From Nemertoderma westbladi (lineage: Eukaryota; Animalia; Xenacoelomorpha): 64,000 nucleotides of DNA. The notes under the pieces were generated by a model. It saw only the letters and a program-made list of their open reading frames with translations, made no database searches and was not told the DNA's origin. The stretch is taken from assembly GCA_032718475.1 (NCBI GenBank), contig JAUCBJ010001654.1, positions 1-64,000 of the forward strand, given 5' to 3'. Position numbers and translations under genes: made by a program. Within the stretch, counting starts at the first letter, position 1, and every line of letters begins with the position of its first letter. Positions 11,061 through 22,900 of the stretch are shown here, in pieces.

Positions 11061-14050
11061 CATCAGAGGAGACTTTACTACAACTGGGTTGTTTAAAATA
11101 CAGTCCGGAGGGTAAATTCCAACCAGCAAACAAAACTATTAAATTAATCGCATCATCTAAGAAAAATGTATCCAATGAATATCTGTCAAAAAGTGAAATA
11201 TTAAAACATATGCCGAACCGAAAGTCTCTGAATAGCCGTGAAAATGATGATTTGGAACAGGTTGTAAAAGTTATACAGCGTCATTCTGAGATATTCCAAG
11301 GTATTGGATGTTTAAAGGATTACAAAGTTCATTTGAAGGTAACTCAGGACGCTGTACCAGTAATTCAAAAGCCAAGGACTATACCAATATACTATCAAGA
11401 TAAAACAAAAAAGAGACTAGACGAATTTGTGCATAGCGGAGTATTAGAGTGGTGTCCCCCTGACCAAACAATGCGTTATGTGTCACCTCTTCATGTCACA
11501 GCAAAACCAAATACACCGGGCGAAATCCGCATTGTGGGTGACTTTAGAATATTAAATTCCCATTTGTCTAGAACACGCATAGTGCAGAGCCCAAAAATTG
11601 ATGATTTTATCGATCTATTGTCTGGTTGTAGTTATTTTTTCAAACTCGACCTGCCACATGCTTATCACCAATTAGAGCTCGATAATGAAAGTAAAGAATT
11701 AACCACAATGTCAACCATGTGGGGTAATATTCGATATAGTAGACTGTCAATGGGGCTTCTGAATACTCAAGACTTCTATGATCAGCAAATGTATGAGATT
11801 TTACACACTATTAAACAAGTGGGGAATTATAGAGATGATATTATTGGTGGAGCAAGTAGTATAACTGAGCTAGCAGAGATACTTGGAGAGGTATTAGATG
11901 CATTCCAGAGAAAAGGATTGACACTGAAATTGGCAAAGTGTCAGTTTGGCTTCAAACAAATCAACTTTCTAGGTTATACATTCACAGAGTTTGGACTCAA
12001 ACCAACTGTTGAGAAAGTTAAAGCATTACAGAAAGCCATGAGACCCGAATCAAAGGAAGCATTGCGTTCGTTTCTGGGGATGATTGGATTTAATCAGAGA
12101 TTCATCCCGCGGTTTGCAGAAAGAACTGCCATTCTGTTTGATCTGGTACATGTGACGGGGCCATTTGTATGGGAACAATGCCACCAAGAGGCCTTTGAAT
12201 CTCTTAAAGTGTCGTTATCTGATGTTACCATGGATCATTACTTCAAGAAGGGAAAAGAAACTGCACTATTTGTAGATGCTGGAAAGAAGGCACATCAGTT
12301 GGGACATCGTGGAGGAATGAGTGCCATTTTAGCACAAAGACATCAAGGGAGTTGGGTACCTATCCATTACGCAAGTAGACGAATGACTGATGTTGAATCA
12401 CGTTGGGGTCAAACAGAGTTAGAAGCTAGAGCAATCAAGTGGGGAGCAGCAGAAAAGTTTGCTGATATGCTAGTTGGGGCACCACATTTCACAATATTTA
12501 CAGATGCAAAAAGTCTGATACCAGTATTCAACAAACCATCAGCCAGCACCACCCCCAGAATTGAACGTCAGGTGTTAGGCATGCAACATCTTGATTATAC
12601 ATTGGAATATCGTGCAGGCAAAACAAACCCAGCAGATTTCCTATCAAGGAATCCAGTGGGAGATGAAACATCTGAATTAGATAATGTATGTGATGAACTT
12701 GAAGAGGAAAATATTATTCGAGCACTACATATCACACATGGAAAGGAATTGTTAAACATGTTGAAGAAGGAAACAAAGAACGATAAGCTACTACAGTTTC
12801 TAATGGAAAGAATTAGCCAAGGAGATTGGGAGAGGTTTAAAAAAGATGACAGATTGGCGCCATATTATTCAATTAGGGATAATCTTTCAGTCATTGATAA
12901 TCTCGTTTATATGAATGAGTTATGCATTCCACCAGATAGTTGTAAGTCACTGGTGTCACAAGCAATACATGCAACTGGACATCAGGGTGAAACTAGGACA
13001 ATTGAGTTATTGAAGTCACGGTTCTGGTTCCCAGGTTGTACAGTATTCGCAAAGGAAGCCACCAAACGATGTCATGAATGTCAAGTGGTAACCAAACAAC
13101 ACCACACAGAACCATTGAAATCGGAACCAATGCCTCCCAGCCCATTTCACAGTATAGGAGTGGATTTTAAAGGTCCATTTCGTGATGGTTACTATGCACT
13201 GGTCATAGTAGATTTGTACTCAAGGTGGGCAGAGATATATTTCGTCACATCAGAGAGGTTTGAAGTCGTAAAGAAACAATTTTTGCGTTATTTTGCAACT
13301 TATGGATGTCCACAACAAATCAAATCCGATAACGGACCACCCTTTAATGGGGACGTGTGGCAACGATTCGGGGAGATGCAAGGATTTCATGTCCGCCTAA
13401 TCACACCTGGGCATCCACAATCGAACAGTGAAGCTGAAAACTTCATGAAGAAAATAAAAAAAGCTGTTGCAATAGCTAACGTAACAGGGAATGACTACAA
13501 ACTCGAAATCATGAATAGGCTATTAGCAGATAGGGCAACTCCCCACCCATCATCTGGAAAATCCCCATATGAAATTGTATTTGGTAGACGAATGAGGATT
13601 GGGAACATAGAACCATTACTGCACCATCAGGCCATGACCGGTAAGCTGACCAATGACGAACAGTTGAGAGAAACTGTATCCGAAAATAAATTGAAGTCAA
13701 AGATGTACTTCGACAAGAAACATAGAGCCAAACATCACTCGTTCACTGTTGGAGATAAAGTTCTTGTCCAAAGTAAGCAGCATGGTGAATACTTCCCAGA
13801 TATATTTGTGATAGAGGAGATACGAGGTTCAAGCATTCAAGCAAGACGTGTAATTGATGGTAAAACGATATTTCGTGATGCCTCTCATGTAAAAAAGTAT
13901 CGCAATCCATACGGTGGGATGAGTCTAGATATTTCTATACCAATGACCAATGTAGATATTGTGGAAGAGGATAACACCAAGCGACCAACACGATTAACAG
14001 CTGGGAAGCCTCCTGAACGTCTCATATACTCGAACTTAGGGGGTCCATGA
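11060..14050 (+). CDS. pol: Pol: reverse transcriptase, RNase H, integrase
   Basis: RT motifs KLDLPHAYHQL and NYRDDII. RNase H VDAG...YASRRMT...QTELE. Integrase H-H-C-C (HATGHQG...CHECQ), DFKGP, SDNGPPF, NSEAE. Open to the stop at 14050. Confidence 0.95.
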   Translation, partial: ASEETLLQLGCLKYSPEGKFQPANKTIKLIASSKKNVSNEYLSKSEILKHMPNRKSLNSRENDDLEQVVKVIQRHSEIFQGIGCLKDYKVHLKVTQDAVPVIQKPRTIPIYYQDKTKKRLDEFVHSGVLEWCPPDQTMRYVSPLHVTAKPNTPGEIRIVGDFRILNSHLSRTRIVQSPKIDDFIDLLSGCSYFFKLDLPHAYHQLELDNESKELTTMSTMWGNIRYSRLSMGLLNTQDFYDQQMYEILHTIKQVGNYRDDIIGGASSITELAEILGEVLDAFQRKGLTLKLAKCQFGFKQINFLGYTFTEFGLKPTVEKVKALQKAMRPESKEALRSFLGMIGFNQRFIPRFAERTAILFDLVHVTGPFVWEQCHQEAFESLKVSLSDVTMDHYFKKGKETALFVDAGKKAHQLGHRGGMSAILAQRHQGSWVPIHYASRRMTDVESRWGQTELEARAIKWGAAEKFADMLVGAPHFTIFTDAKSLIPVFNKPSASTTPRIERQVLGMQHLDYTLEYRAGKTNPADFLSRNPVGDETSELDNVCDELEEENIIRALHITHGKELLNMLKKETKNDKLLQFLMERISQGDWERFKKDDRLAPYYSIRDNLSVIDNLVYMNELCIPPDSCKSLVSQAIHATGHQGETRTIELLKSRFWFPGCTVFAKEATKRCHECQVVTKQHHTEPLKSEPMPPSPFHSIGVDFKGPFRDGYYALVIVDLYSRWAEIYFVTSERFEVVKKQFLRYFATYGCPQQIKSDNGPPFNGDVWQRFGEMQGFHVRLITPGHPQSNSEAENFMKKIKKAVAIANVTGNDYKLEIMNRLLADRATPHPSSGKSPYEIVFGRRMRIGNIEPLLHHQAMTGKLTNDEQLRETVSENKLKSKMYFDKKHRAKHHSFTVGDKVLVQSKQHGEYFPDIFVIEEIRGSSIQARRVIDGKTIFRDASHVKKYRNPYGGMSLDISIPMTNVDIVEEDNTKRPTRLTAGKPPERLIYSNLGGP

Positions 14051-14101
14051 ACAAGGATTAGAACAATTTAATATAAACATTGTTAGGGTTTTTTCCTTTA
14101 T

Positions 14102-14115
14102 AAGTGGTGGAGGGA
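14102..14115 (+). promoter_or_regulatory. Polypurine tract
   Basis: AAGTGGTGGAGGGA immediately before the LTR start TGTTG. Confidence 0.8.
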
Positions 14116-14244
14116 TGTTGGAAATATTACTATAAGCGGGAAATTTGAATTGTTATATTATTATATATATATTACATTACAGTCAGTCGGAAGCGAATAG
14201 CATAGTGATATTTTGCATTGCAGTACTGCAGTACGTTTGCAATA
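14116..14244 (+). repeat. 3' LTR (129 bp, TGTTG...CAATA)
   Basis: Bounded by the PPT and by the end of identity with the 5' LTR remnant. Confidence 0.9.
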
Positions 14245-15960
14245 CCCACCTTCCTAAATTTCCATCTTCCCACATTCCCATCTTCCCACATTCCCATCTT
14301 CCTACATTCCAACCACCTTCCCACATTCCCATCTGCCCTCATTCCCATCCACCTTCCCACATTCCCACCACCTTCCCACATTCCCATCCACCTTCCCATC
14401 TTCCCACATTCCCTTCTTCCTACATCCCCATCCACCTTCCCACATTCCCATCCACCTTCCCACATTCCCATCCACCTTCCCATCTTCCCACATTCCCATC
14501 CACATTCCCATCTTCCCACATTCCTATCTTCCTACATTCCCACATCTTCCCACATTCGCATCTTCCCATATTCCCATCCACATTCCCACCACCTTCCCAC
14601 ATTCCCATCCATCTTCCCACATTCCTATCCACCTTCCCACATTCCCATCCACCTTCCCACATTCCCATCTTCCCACATTCCCATCCACCTTCCTACATTC
14701 CCACCTTCCTAAATTTCCATCTTCCCACATTCCCATCTTCCCATATTCCCATCTTCTACATTCCCACCACCTTCCCACATTCCCATCTGCCCTCATTCCC
14801 ATCCACATTCCCACCACCTTCCCACATTCCCATCCATCTTCCCACATTCCCATCCACCTTCCCATCTTCCCACATTCCCTTCTTCCCACATCCCCATCCA
14901 CCATCCCACATTCCCATCCACCTTCCCATCTTCCCACATTCCCATCCACCTTCCCATCTTCCCACATTCCTATCTTCCTACATTCCCACCATCTTCCCAT
15001 ATTCCCATCCATATTCCCACCACCTTCCCACATTCCCATCTGCCCTCATTCCCATCCACCTTCCCACATTCCCACCACCTTCCCACATTTCCACCACCTT
15101 CCCACATTCCCACCACCTTCCCACATTCCCATCCATCTCCCCACATTCCCATCCACCTTCCCACATCCCCATCTTCCTACATTCCCACCACCTTCCCACA
15201 TTCCCATCCACCTTCCTACATTCCCACCACCTTCCCACATTCCCATCTTCCCACATTCCCATCCAACTTCCCACATTCCCACCACCTTCCCACATTCCCA
15301 TCCACCTTCCAACATTCCCATCCACATTCCCATCCACCTTCTCATCCACCTTCCCACATTCCCATCCACCTTCCCATCTTCCCATCCACCTTCCCATCTT
15401 CCTACATTCCCATCCACCTTCTCCACATTCCCATCTTCCTACATTCCCACCATCTTCCCACATCCCATCTTCCCACATTCCCATCTTCATACATTCCCAC
15501 CATCTTCCCACATCCCATCTTCCCACATTCCCATCCACCTTCCCATCTTCCCACATTCTCATCCACCTTCCCATCTTCCCATCTTCCTACATTCCCATCC
15601 ACCTTTCCACATTCCCATCTTCCTACATTCCCACCACCATCCCACATTCCCATCTTCCTACATTCCCACAACCTTCCCGCATTCCTATCTTCATACATTC
15701 CCACCATCTTCCCACATCCCATCTTCCCACATCCCATCTTCCCACATCCCATCTTCCCACATTCCCATCTTCATACATTCCCACCATCTTCCCACATCCC
15801 ATCTTCCCACATTCCCATCCACCTTCCTATCTTCCCACATTCCCATCCACCTCCCACATCCCATCTTCCCACATTCCCATCCACCTTCCCACATTCCCAT
15901 CCACCTTCCCATCTTCCCGCATTCCCTCCCATCTTCCACATTCCCATCCACCCACCTTCT
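14245..15960. repeat. C-rich low-complexity satellite (CCCACATT / CCCATCTT / CCCATCCACCTT modules)
   Basis: About 1.7 kb almost devoid of G on the plus strand. The minus strand is dense in GGG runs. Confidence 0.95.
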
Positions 15961-16414
15961 CACTCACCGTCCGACCGACTGATCAACAGACCACCACCCC
16001 CCCCCCCCCCTCCTCAAAAAAAGGAATTCGCGCAGCAGGTGAATACCAAAATACCCTCCATGTGAACTTCCCAGACTGTTTGGGGAGATGGTCGAAAATG
16101 CGAAAGTTGCCTAATAATGATAGTGAATGGGCAAAATTCCTTTCCGATGTGTTTTATTTCGCTGGGAATGGGGATCCTGGGAAACTTCACATGGGCGACA
16201 ATAATATGAAACAAAATAATTCAACAGACAACATGTTTTAAATCAACCAATAATATTAAGCAAAATAATGGAGTTTTGGAACATTATTTAAATCTATCAA
16301 TAATTTATCAGGCGAAATAATTAGGTTGAATAGATATTTATTGAATATATATAATTAGGTTGAATAGATATTTATTGAATATATATAATTAGGTTGAATA
16401 TAGTTTTGAATAGT

Positions 16415-17630
16415 AGAAGGCTACCAATTAATGTCATACTAAAATTGATGAAAATTTCATCAAAAAAAGTATATTACACCAATTTACATAATGTTACTTA
16501 TTCAACTTATACCCAACAACACCAAAAGAAATAAATGCTCACCAAAACCAATTATTCACACCAAAATAAATGACAAAACCCCCAAAATAAATACATATTC
16601 CGCCAAAATATATACATATTTTCCTCAAAATAAATACATATTCCCCCAAAATCAATGCTTATTCCCCCAAAATAATCAAATATTCTTCCAAAATAAACAG
16701 ACTCTTAGTTACAGACTCTCAGTTGCAGACTATTGGTACGAGGATCGTCGGGTGAGAACAAAACAACGACCCAAGAATTTACTGCCCGTTCTGTACAAAA
16801 CAGAGACCCAAGACTTTATTGCCCCTTCTGTATAAAACAACGACCCAAGAATTTACTGCCCGTTCTGTACAAAACAAAGACCCAAGACTTTATTGCCCGT
16901 TCTGTACAAAACAGAGACCCAAGACTTTATTGCCCCTTCTGTATAAAACAACGACCCAAGAATTTACTGCCCGTTCTGTACAAAACAAAGACCCAAGACT
17001 TTATTGCCCGTTCTGTACAAAACAAAGACACAAGACTTTATTGCCCGTGCTGTACAAAACAAAGAGAAAGTCGCATTAGGACCCAAAGAGCTTTAGGTCC
17101 CAAAGAGCGTTAGGTCCCATTGCCATTTAAAGGAGCAGGTTAGTAAAGTCGAGCAGGTTACAGGAGGCGTGTTGGGGGAACCAAAACAATAAACGAAAGT
17201 TAACACAATTTACAAGAGTATGCAGGTTACTTAATTGGGTCTTTTTTTGGTCTTTGTTTTGTACTCACCCGAGGAACGTCGGTATAATATGATTAAACAT
17301 TTTGTTGGATTTATGGAAATAAATAATGAATGAATTTGTATAATTAAATGTTCCATAAAGTATTTGGTGCTGGAAGAATTGTTTTTGGTTCACAAGTAAT
17401 TATTTTGGGGAGATTGAATATGAATAATTGTTTTTGAGGTGATAAATATTTGTTTTTGGAGGAATGAATAATTGTTTTTAGGGGGTTGAATAATTGTTTT
17501 TGGTGAGAGATATATTCAAAATTGGGGGATGTAAATTGGTGCTACAAAAAAATATATTTGGTGCTAAATACTATTTTTTGGTGTGAAATCGTCTAATTTG
17601 GGGTGGCATTATATTAGTGGCGTTAGTAGA
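16415..17630. mobile_element. Degenerate foldback/MITE-like element with a nested inner TIR element (~16748-17272)
   Basis: The C/A-rich left arm (e.g. caccaatttacat) mirrors the G/T-rich right arm (atgtaaattggtg). Inner inverted ends tcgggtgagaacaaaacaa / ttgttttgtactcacccga. Confidence 0.55.
16757..17065. repeat. ~37 bp minisatellite
   Basis: About 8 copies of acaaaacaaagacccaagactttattgcccgttctgt and variants. Confidence 0.9.
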
Positions 17631-18409
17631 ATAGTACAATAGTGCTGGAATGCCCGTTGGTGTGTGGTGGGGGACATAATTATGCACTGGCAAAAAATTT
17701 CCAGAACTTTTCAAGACTGAATGAGGCCTGTCTGTGTATCTACTTTAAGTTAACCAGACAGACTGATGTATATTGGTTATCTCATTGACAACTCCAAACA
17801 CAAAGACTCCATACTGTCACCGATTAGGCGGACAATAATCCTTACAATTTTGCACCTCATTATGGGGCCATATCTTGTTTACATTATCAGCCAATAGAAA
17901 TTGAGTTTGGCATTGCCAATAATGTGGAAAGCACCGTGGGTGGGTAAAGGAAAAAGCCGTTCCAGATAGCAATATTAGCGATGTGGGAGGTGTTTGTCCA
18001 TTGGTTGGAAATGTGGTAATTTGCCCAGATTGTTAAGGTAACTGCTGAAAGGTTACTAATATCCGCAGATCTCGTGCATGTTTCATTATTCTATTGTTCT
18101 TCACATATGGCCGGCTGCCTTGTGTATAGTTCTCTAAGTAGGCCCACTATATTTATTTAGGCAGTGTATTTTATTTGTATTGTTTATATAAATTGAGTTT
18201 AGTTGGTAATGCATAGTTAGTATGCCTACAGATCTGTGATCTGTAATATTTAAATTATTTCGTAATTACCGGTACTGATATATTATATTTATAAATGTTA
18301 TTATTATTGTAGGCGTAGCAAAACAGTAAAATAAGCACCACCCACGATAAGATGATGCCACTACTGTGCTCAACCCTACCGTACTTGGCCATCACTCAAT
18401 GTGATGGGA

Positions 18410-18600
18410 AAATTGACAGATGGGAGGCCATAAGGAGGTAAATTGCGGACATCAAGGTATCGGGTAGTATTTCCAGGGCCACCTTTTACCTGAACCGCTA
18501 GCTGAATGGTTAGAGGGTCAGACTTCCAACTCGGAGGTCACCAGTTCGATCCCACATATCCAGTTCGACGTCATTGCCGACTTTGCAAAAGCTGTGCCCA
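18410..18600 (+). mobile_element. SINE-like repeat with degenerate tRNA-like segment (copies also at ~22025-22178 minus and ~22376-22556 plus)
   Basis: Shared sequence ...ccgctagctgaatggttagagggtcagacttccaactcggaggtcaccagttcgatccc... with A-box and B-box-like motifs. Three diverged copies. Confidence 0.65.
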
Positions 18601-19819
18601 ATAAAATTTTATAATTCACATAGGGTTAACTGCAAAGTGAAATATAACAGCAGAAAGTCTGCTATACTCCACAAGGGCAGTAAATCCTAAATAATAATAA
18701 TTATTATTATCCAATCCAGCATAATATTATAATGTAAATATTTAACAATAACCAATAAAAGAGTTTATTGTCCCGTTGCGGATAATATCAAAGGGATATA
18801 CTAGTATTTACTGTATACAGCTGTAAGCCTCTAATCTAATTAGTCCGTCCATACGTGGCACACACACACACACAGATCTGTCACTTTATGCAAAGTTAAT
18901 TGGATTATGTCAGTGCTCCTATACTTTTACCGTTTGCTTCTTATACTGTATCACTATGGTTAGCCTTTGCTCTCCATGTACCGGTAATTCTGTATGTTTT
19001 GGCGTATCAGCGAATAGGTTAAGTAAGGAATACAAGCCCCCCCCCCCCCCCCGCACGAGTTCTCAAGGCGGGCAGCATATGTTTCGAGTTTCCATGGAAG
19101 TGAGCCATTGTTATTATGCAAACAGTTGGTTTAATAGAGAGGAAACATAAAGCTGGCTAAGGTCGTCTGCTCATTGGACGATAATATCTGTTCTTTAGGC
19201 CCCATATGGGTCGGTTTATTAACAATTCTAATACTGCGTTTATATTATTATTAGATAGTAGGAAAACTAGCTTGCATGGGCCGTATAATCTTTTGTGCTT
19301 TACGAATGCAATGCGTTGCCCGCTTACTTACCATCCATCTATTATTTATTGATAGGCCTAGTTTTATTTTATTATATTGGTTATAGCAATTTGATTGAGT
19401 AGAGCAGTATGCCTATGGATAAATGTTTTGTGGCTATGGATATTAATTGCTTCATACAACCCCCCAGGATTCAGAGCTGGTATTTATTTCCTGCAGCTAC
19501 AATGTTCTTTGCTTTCGTTTAACATTTAATGGCTCCTACTATACTACAACCTATATTTCCTTGTATTCTACCAGAAACTTATTGAAGTAGGTAAGTAATG
19601 ATTTGATGTGGTATAATTGTATTGGGTTGTTTTGAATTTCTTATTTATTATAATTATTGTTTCAATTAATTTCAAGGATTATTGTTGATTGCAAAGTGTA
19701 CCGTTCCCAACGTAAATTATTGTGGCTGGCCATAATAAATTGGGCCTTGGGTTTTACGTTTTAAGATTTGTCAACGGGATTGTAAACAAATTCGATTATA
19801 TTTTAGTACTTTCGAGAAA

Positions 19820-19995
19820 GGGGGGGGGCTCAACGCAAAACCCGCCTTGGCGAATTAATATCCCCCCTCAATTTTAAATTCTCAATTTAGGGAAAGGAGC
19901 AGGTTACAGTGGCACGTTATTTTAACCAAAACAATAAACTAAACACAATAGAACATTTTACAGTTTTATTTTTGAGAATAATCAGCTGTTATTTG
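19820..19995 (+). repeat. Dispersed repeat with core ggaaaggagcaggttacagtggc...aaccaaaacaataaac (inverted copies at ~21390-21570 and ~25420-25650)
   Basis: The core also occurs near 17130, 20455, 21580, 52140, 52210, 52540, 53270-53400 and 56115. Confidence 0.75.
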
Positions 19996-22900
19996 CGTCG
20001 AATTTAATTAGTTTATTGTTATTTATACCAACCGCAACCGCCACACCAGATAGCTGATAAAATTTGACATCTACTTGGTATTGTACATCAATTTCAATAT
20101 TTAGAGTCTGTATAATAAATTTAATTTAATTATATTTATAATTAACAGAAATTTTCAATATCAGAGTTAGCATCTTTTAAACGGAACCGTTTAAAGGCAG
20201 CTAACTCAAAATAATTCTGCAAATTCTGAGTTAGCTCCATTTAAACAGTAATGTACAAAGGGCAGTGGCTATTTTGGTGTATTGCCATTGGGTGGAATAA
20301 ATGTGTATTTCTCAGTTTAACAAAAACCTCAGTTTCAGTTAGCTCCTTTTTAAGTTTTAACGCCAAGTTACGCAATGTTTCCATGGCAACATTCCAGAAA
20401 CCCATTTAAATATATTTCGGTTAACCACATTTTCATTTATCGAGCAAGGGGTGTGGAACAGGTTACAGCGGCACATTTTTATAACCAAAACAATAAACTA
20501 AAGTCAATAGAACAGGTTATAGTTTTATTTTTGAGTGTAACCATGAGAAGGATGAATTTTGAAATTTTTGACTGCTTTGAAAGTCCCACCCCATCATGAC
20601 AAATCATCTTATCCAAACCAACAACATTTGCCTTTACTAAGTTCTTATGGAACGGAAATATTATTAAAATAGAAGAACTCAGAATAAAAATAAAAAAATA
20701 AAAAGAATAGCAGAACTCTTTCTAAGGGCAATGAATTTTGTGCTTTTAATCTCTATTTATTATAAAATGCTGACATTTTTTGTTCTATATAATAAATCAT
20801 TACGCCTACTGGGTAATTAAGATTCACTAACTTATCGATAATACTCTCCGGGTTAAATCTACTAACTACCGTACGATACCATATATGGGTCACCAAGAAA
20901 GATCTATAATTAATTATTTGAGTTGGCCTAATAGATGGTTATGATAAAGTATCGCAGTTCTGGTAGGTAAATCCAGCTGCAAGTTAGTTAGTTACCTGCA
21001 TATCATACCATAGTTAGTAGTATATAATTGGATCTGATTTTAATAAACCGCCATTGATGGTTTACATTAGAGGTTATTTGTTCTGTAAAGTATTCCTTGA
21101 CCCGAGTTCGTATCAATTAATGGTTCGTTAAAATAGGTAAATATATCTATTTAAATAACTTTCCCACACCCACACTGATTCAAAGGTAACAATTTTCTTT
21201 CACCAGATAGGGGGGGGGACTTTCGACGCAATAAAAATGTACCCCTTTCCACTCTAGCGTAAAAGGGATAACATCCGATTAATCCCAACAACTGCTGTTC
21301 TGTTCTGCTGTTCTATTGTCTTTCGTTCAGATAGGGGGGGGGGGGGGGGGGGGGGGGAACTGGACGCGATAAAAATTCATCCCTCTCCAGGGGAAATTGG
21401 ACTCAAATAACTGTTAAAGATATAACTGTAACGTGTTCTATTGTGTTTAGTTTATTGCTTTGGTTAAATTAACGTGCCACTGTAACCTGCTCCTTTCCCT
21501 AAATTGAGAATTTAACATTGAGGCGGGATATTAATTCGCCAAGGCGAGTTTTGCGTCGAGTTTCCCCCCTGTCTCCTTTCGTTTATTATTTTGGTTAGTA
21601 TAACGTGCCACTGTATCCTGCTCCTTTCCTTTCCTTTAATTTATAAATTAATATAGAAACGATATATTAATTCCCCGAGATAGGATTTGCGTTAAGTTTC
21701 CTCCTAGTCTCCCCCTCTCTTTCTCACGTGTTGTTGGGACATATAATCGCGCCTATACGATTTTTTAATATCAGTTTACAAATATTTCATTTATTATAAA
21801 ATAATAAGTTATGTTACGATACTTAATTTTTATATAATTAATTTGTTATTGATATAAATTCAATAGGTAATTAATATAATTTCAATAGGATTTCTCTAAA
21901 TTCCTAACTCGTACGCGTTCCTTGTTCCGTTCCGTTCCTTGTCCCTAGAAGCCAAGGCGTCCGCTTTTTATAATTTATTATTGGTGTTATGGGTGAATGA
22001 GTGGTTTCATGTTATTATAACTTTTCGTTGGGCACAGCTTTGCAAAGTCGGCAATGACGTCCACGTGGGATCGAACTGGTGGCCTCCGGCTTGGAAGTCT
22101 GACACTCTAACCATTCGGCTAGCGGCTCAAAAAGGTAGACCTGGAAATACTACCTGATACCTTGTATGTCCGCAATTTGTTTCATCATGTATAATACATA
22201 TACCGGTCGCATTTCTCTATGGGATGGGTGTATCTGTCCTGCCTAGATTAGTAGAGTGTGTATAATTAATCATTGTGGCCGTGATAGTTAATACTATACT
22301 ACCCTTTCATTGTAGCGAGTGGTTAAAGACGGCCGAGTACTGTAGGGTTGAGCACAGTGGCAGCATATGATGGTATGACAGATGGGAGGCCATGAGGAGG
22401 TAAATTGCGGACATACAAGGTATTAGGTAGTATTTCCAGGTCTATATTTTACCATAGCCGCCACTTGAATGGTTAGAGCGTCAGACTTCGAACCCGGAAG
22501 TTACCAGTTCGATCCCACCTGATGTCATTGCCCACTTTGCAAAGCTGTGCTCAACAAAAGTTATAAAGGCGTCCTTTGGTATACAATAATTTATCATTAC
22601 ATTTTTGTTTTAATTACTGTCATTTCTACTGTTACCGTGTCACTGACTGTAATAGGTTTGGACTGCCGTACTGGTATATTTACTCCACGCTAACCATCCA
22701 TAAGGTTTATTCATATTAAAAATAAATTCATTACCATAGGCCTAAGTACAAATTTTTTTCTGCAAATCCAATTTGAATATCAACACAAATGCATATTCTC
22801 GCGGCTAGAATGTTTAGTTGCGATAATGTATTCTCGCAACCAAAATGCTTAAATGCGTGATCCATAACTGCTTTTAGAACTCCATAATAACTATTTACAA

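Larger units (their letters stand above)
9567..14244 (+). mobile_element. Ty3/Gypsy LTR retrotransposon (Mag-like), 5' LTR interrupted by the Helitron array
   Basis: LTR remnant 9567-9639 is identical to 14172-14244. PBS, gag, protease, RT, RNase H and integrase are in Gypsy order, followed by the PPT and 3' LTR. Confidence 0.95.

Noticed and set aside
14245-15960. Telomeric repeat
   Set aside because: No fixed TTAGGG/TTAGG-type unit. The modules are irregular and the tract is interstitial.
14145-16241. 698 aa Pro/His/Ser-rich ORF and antisense Gly/Trp ORFs
   Set aside because: It starts inside the LTR and stays open only because the C-rich satellite rarely forms stop codons.
22456-22525. 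Functional tRNA-Arg(TCG) gene
   Set aside because: The acceptor stem does not pair, the anticodon differs among copies and it is embedded in a longer repeat.
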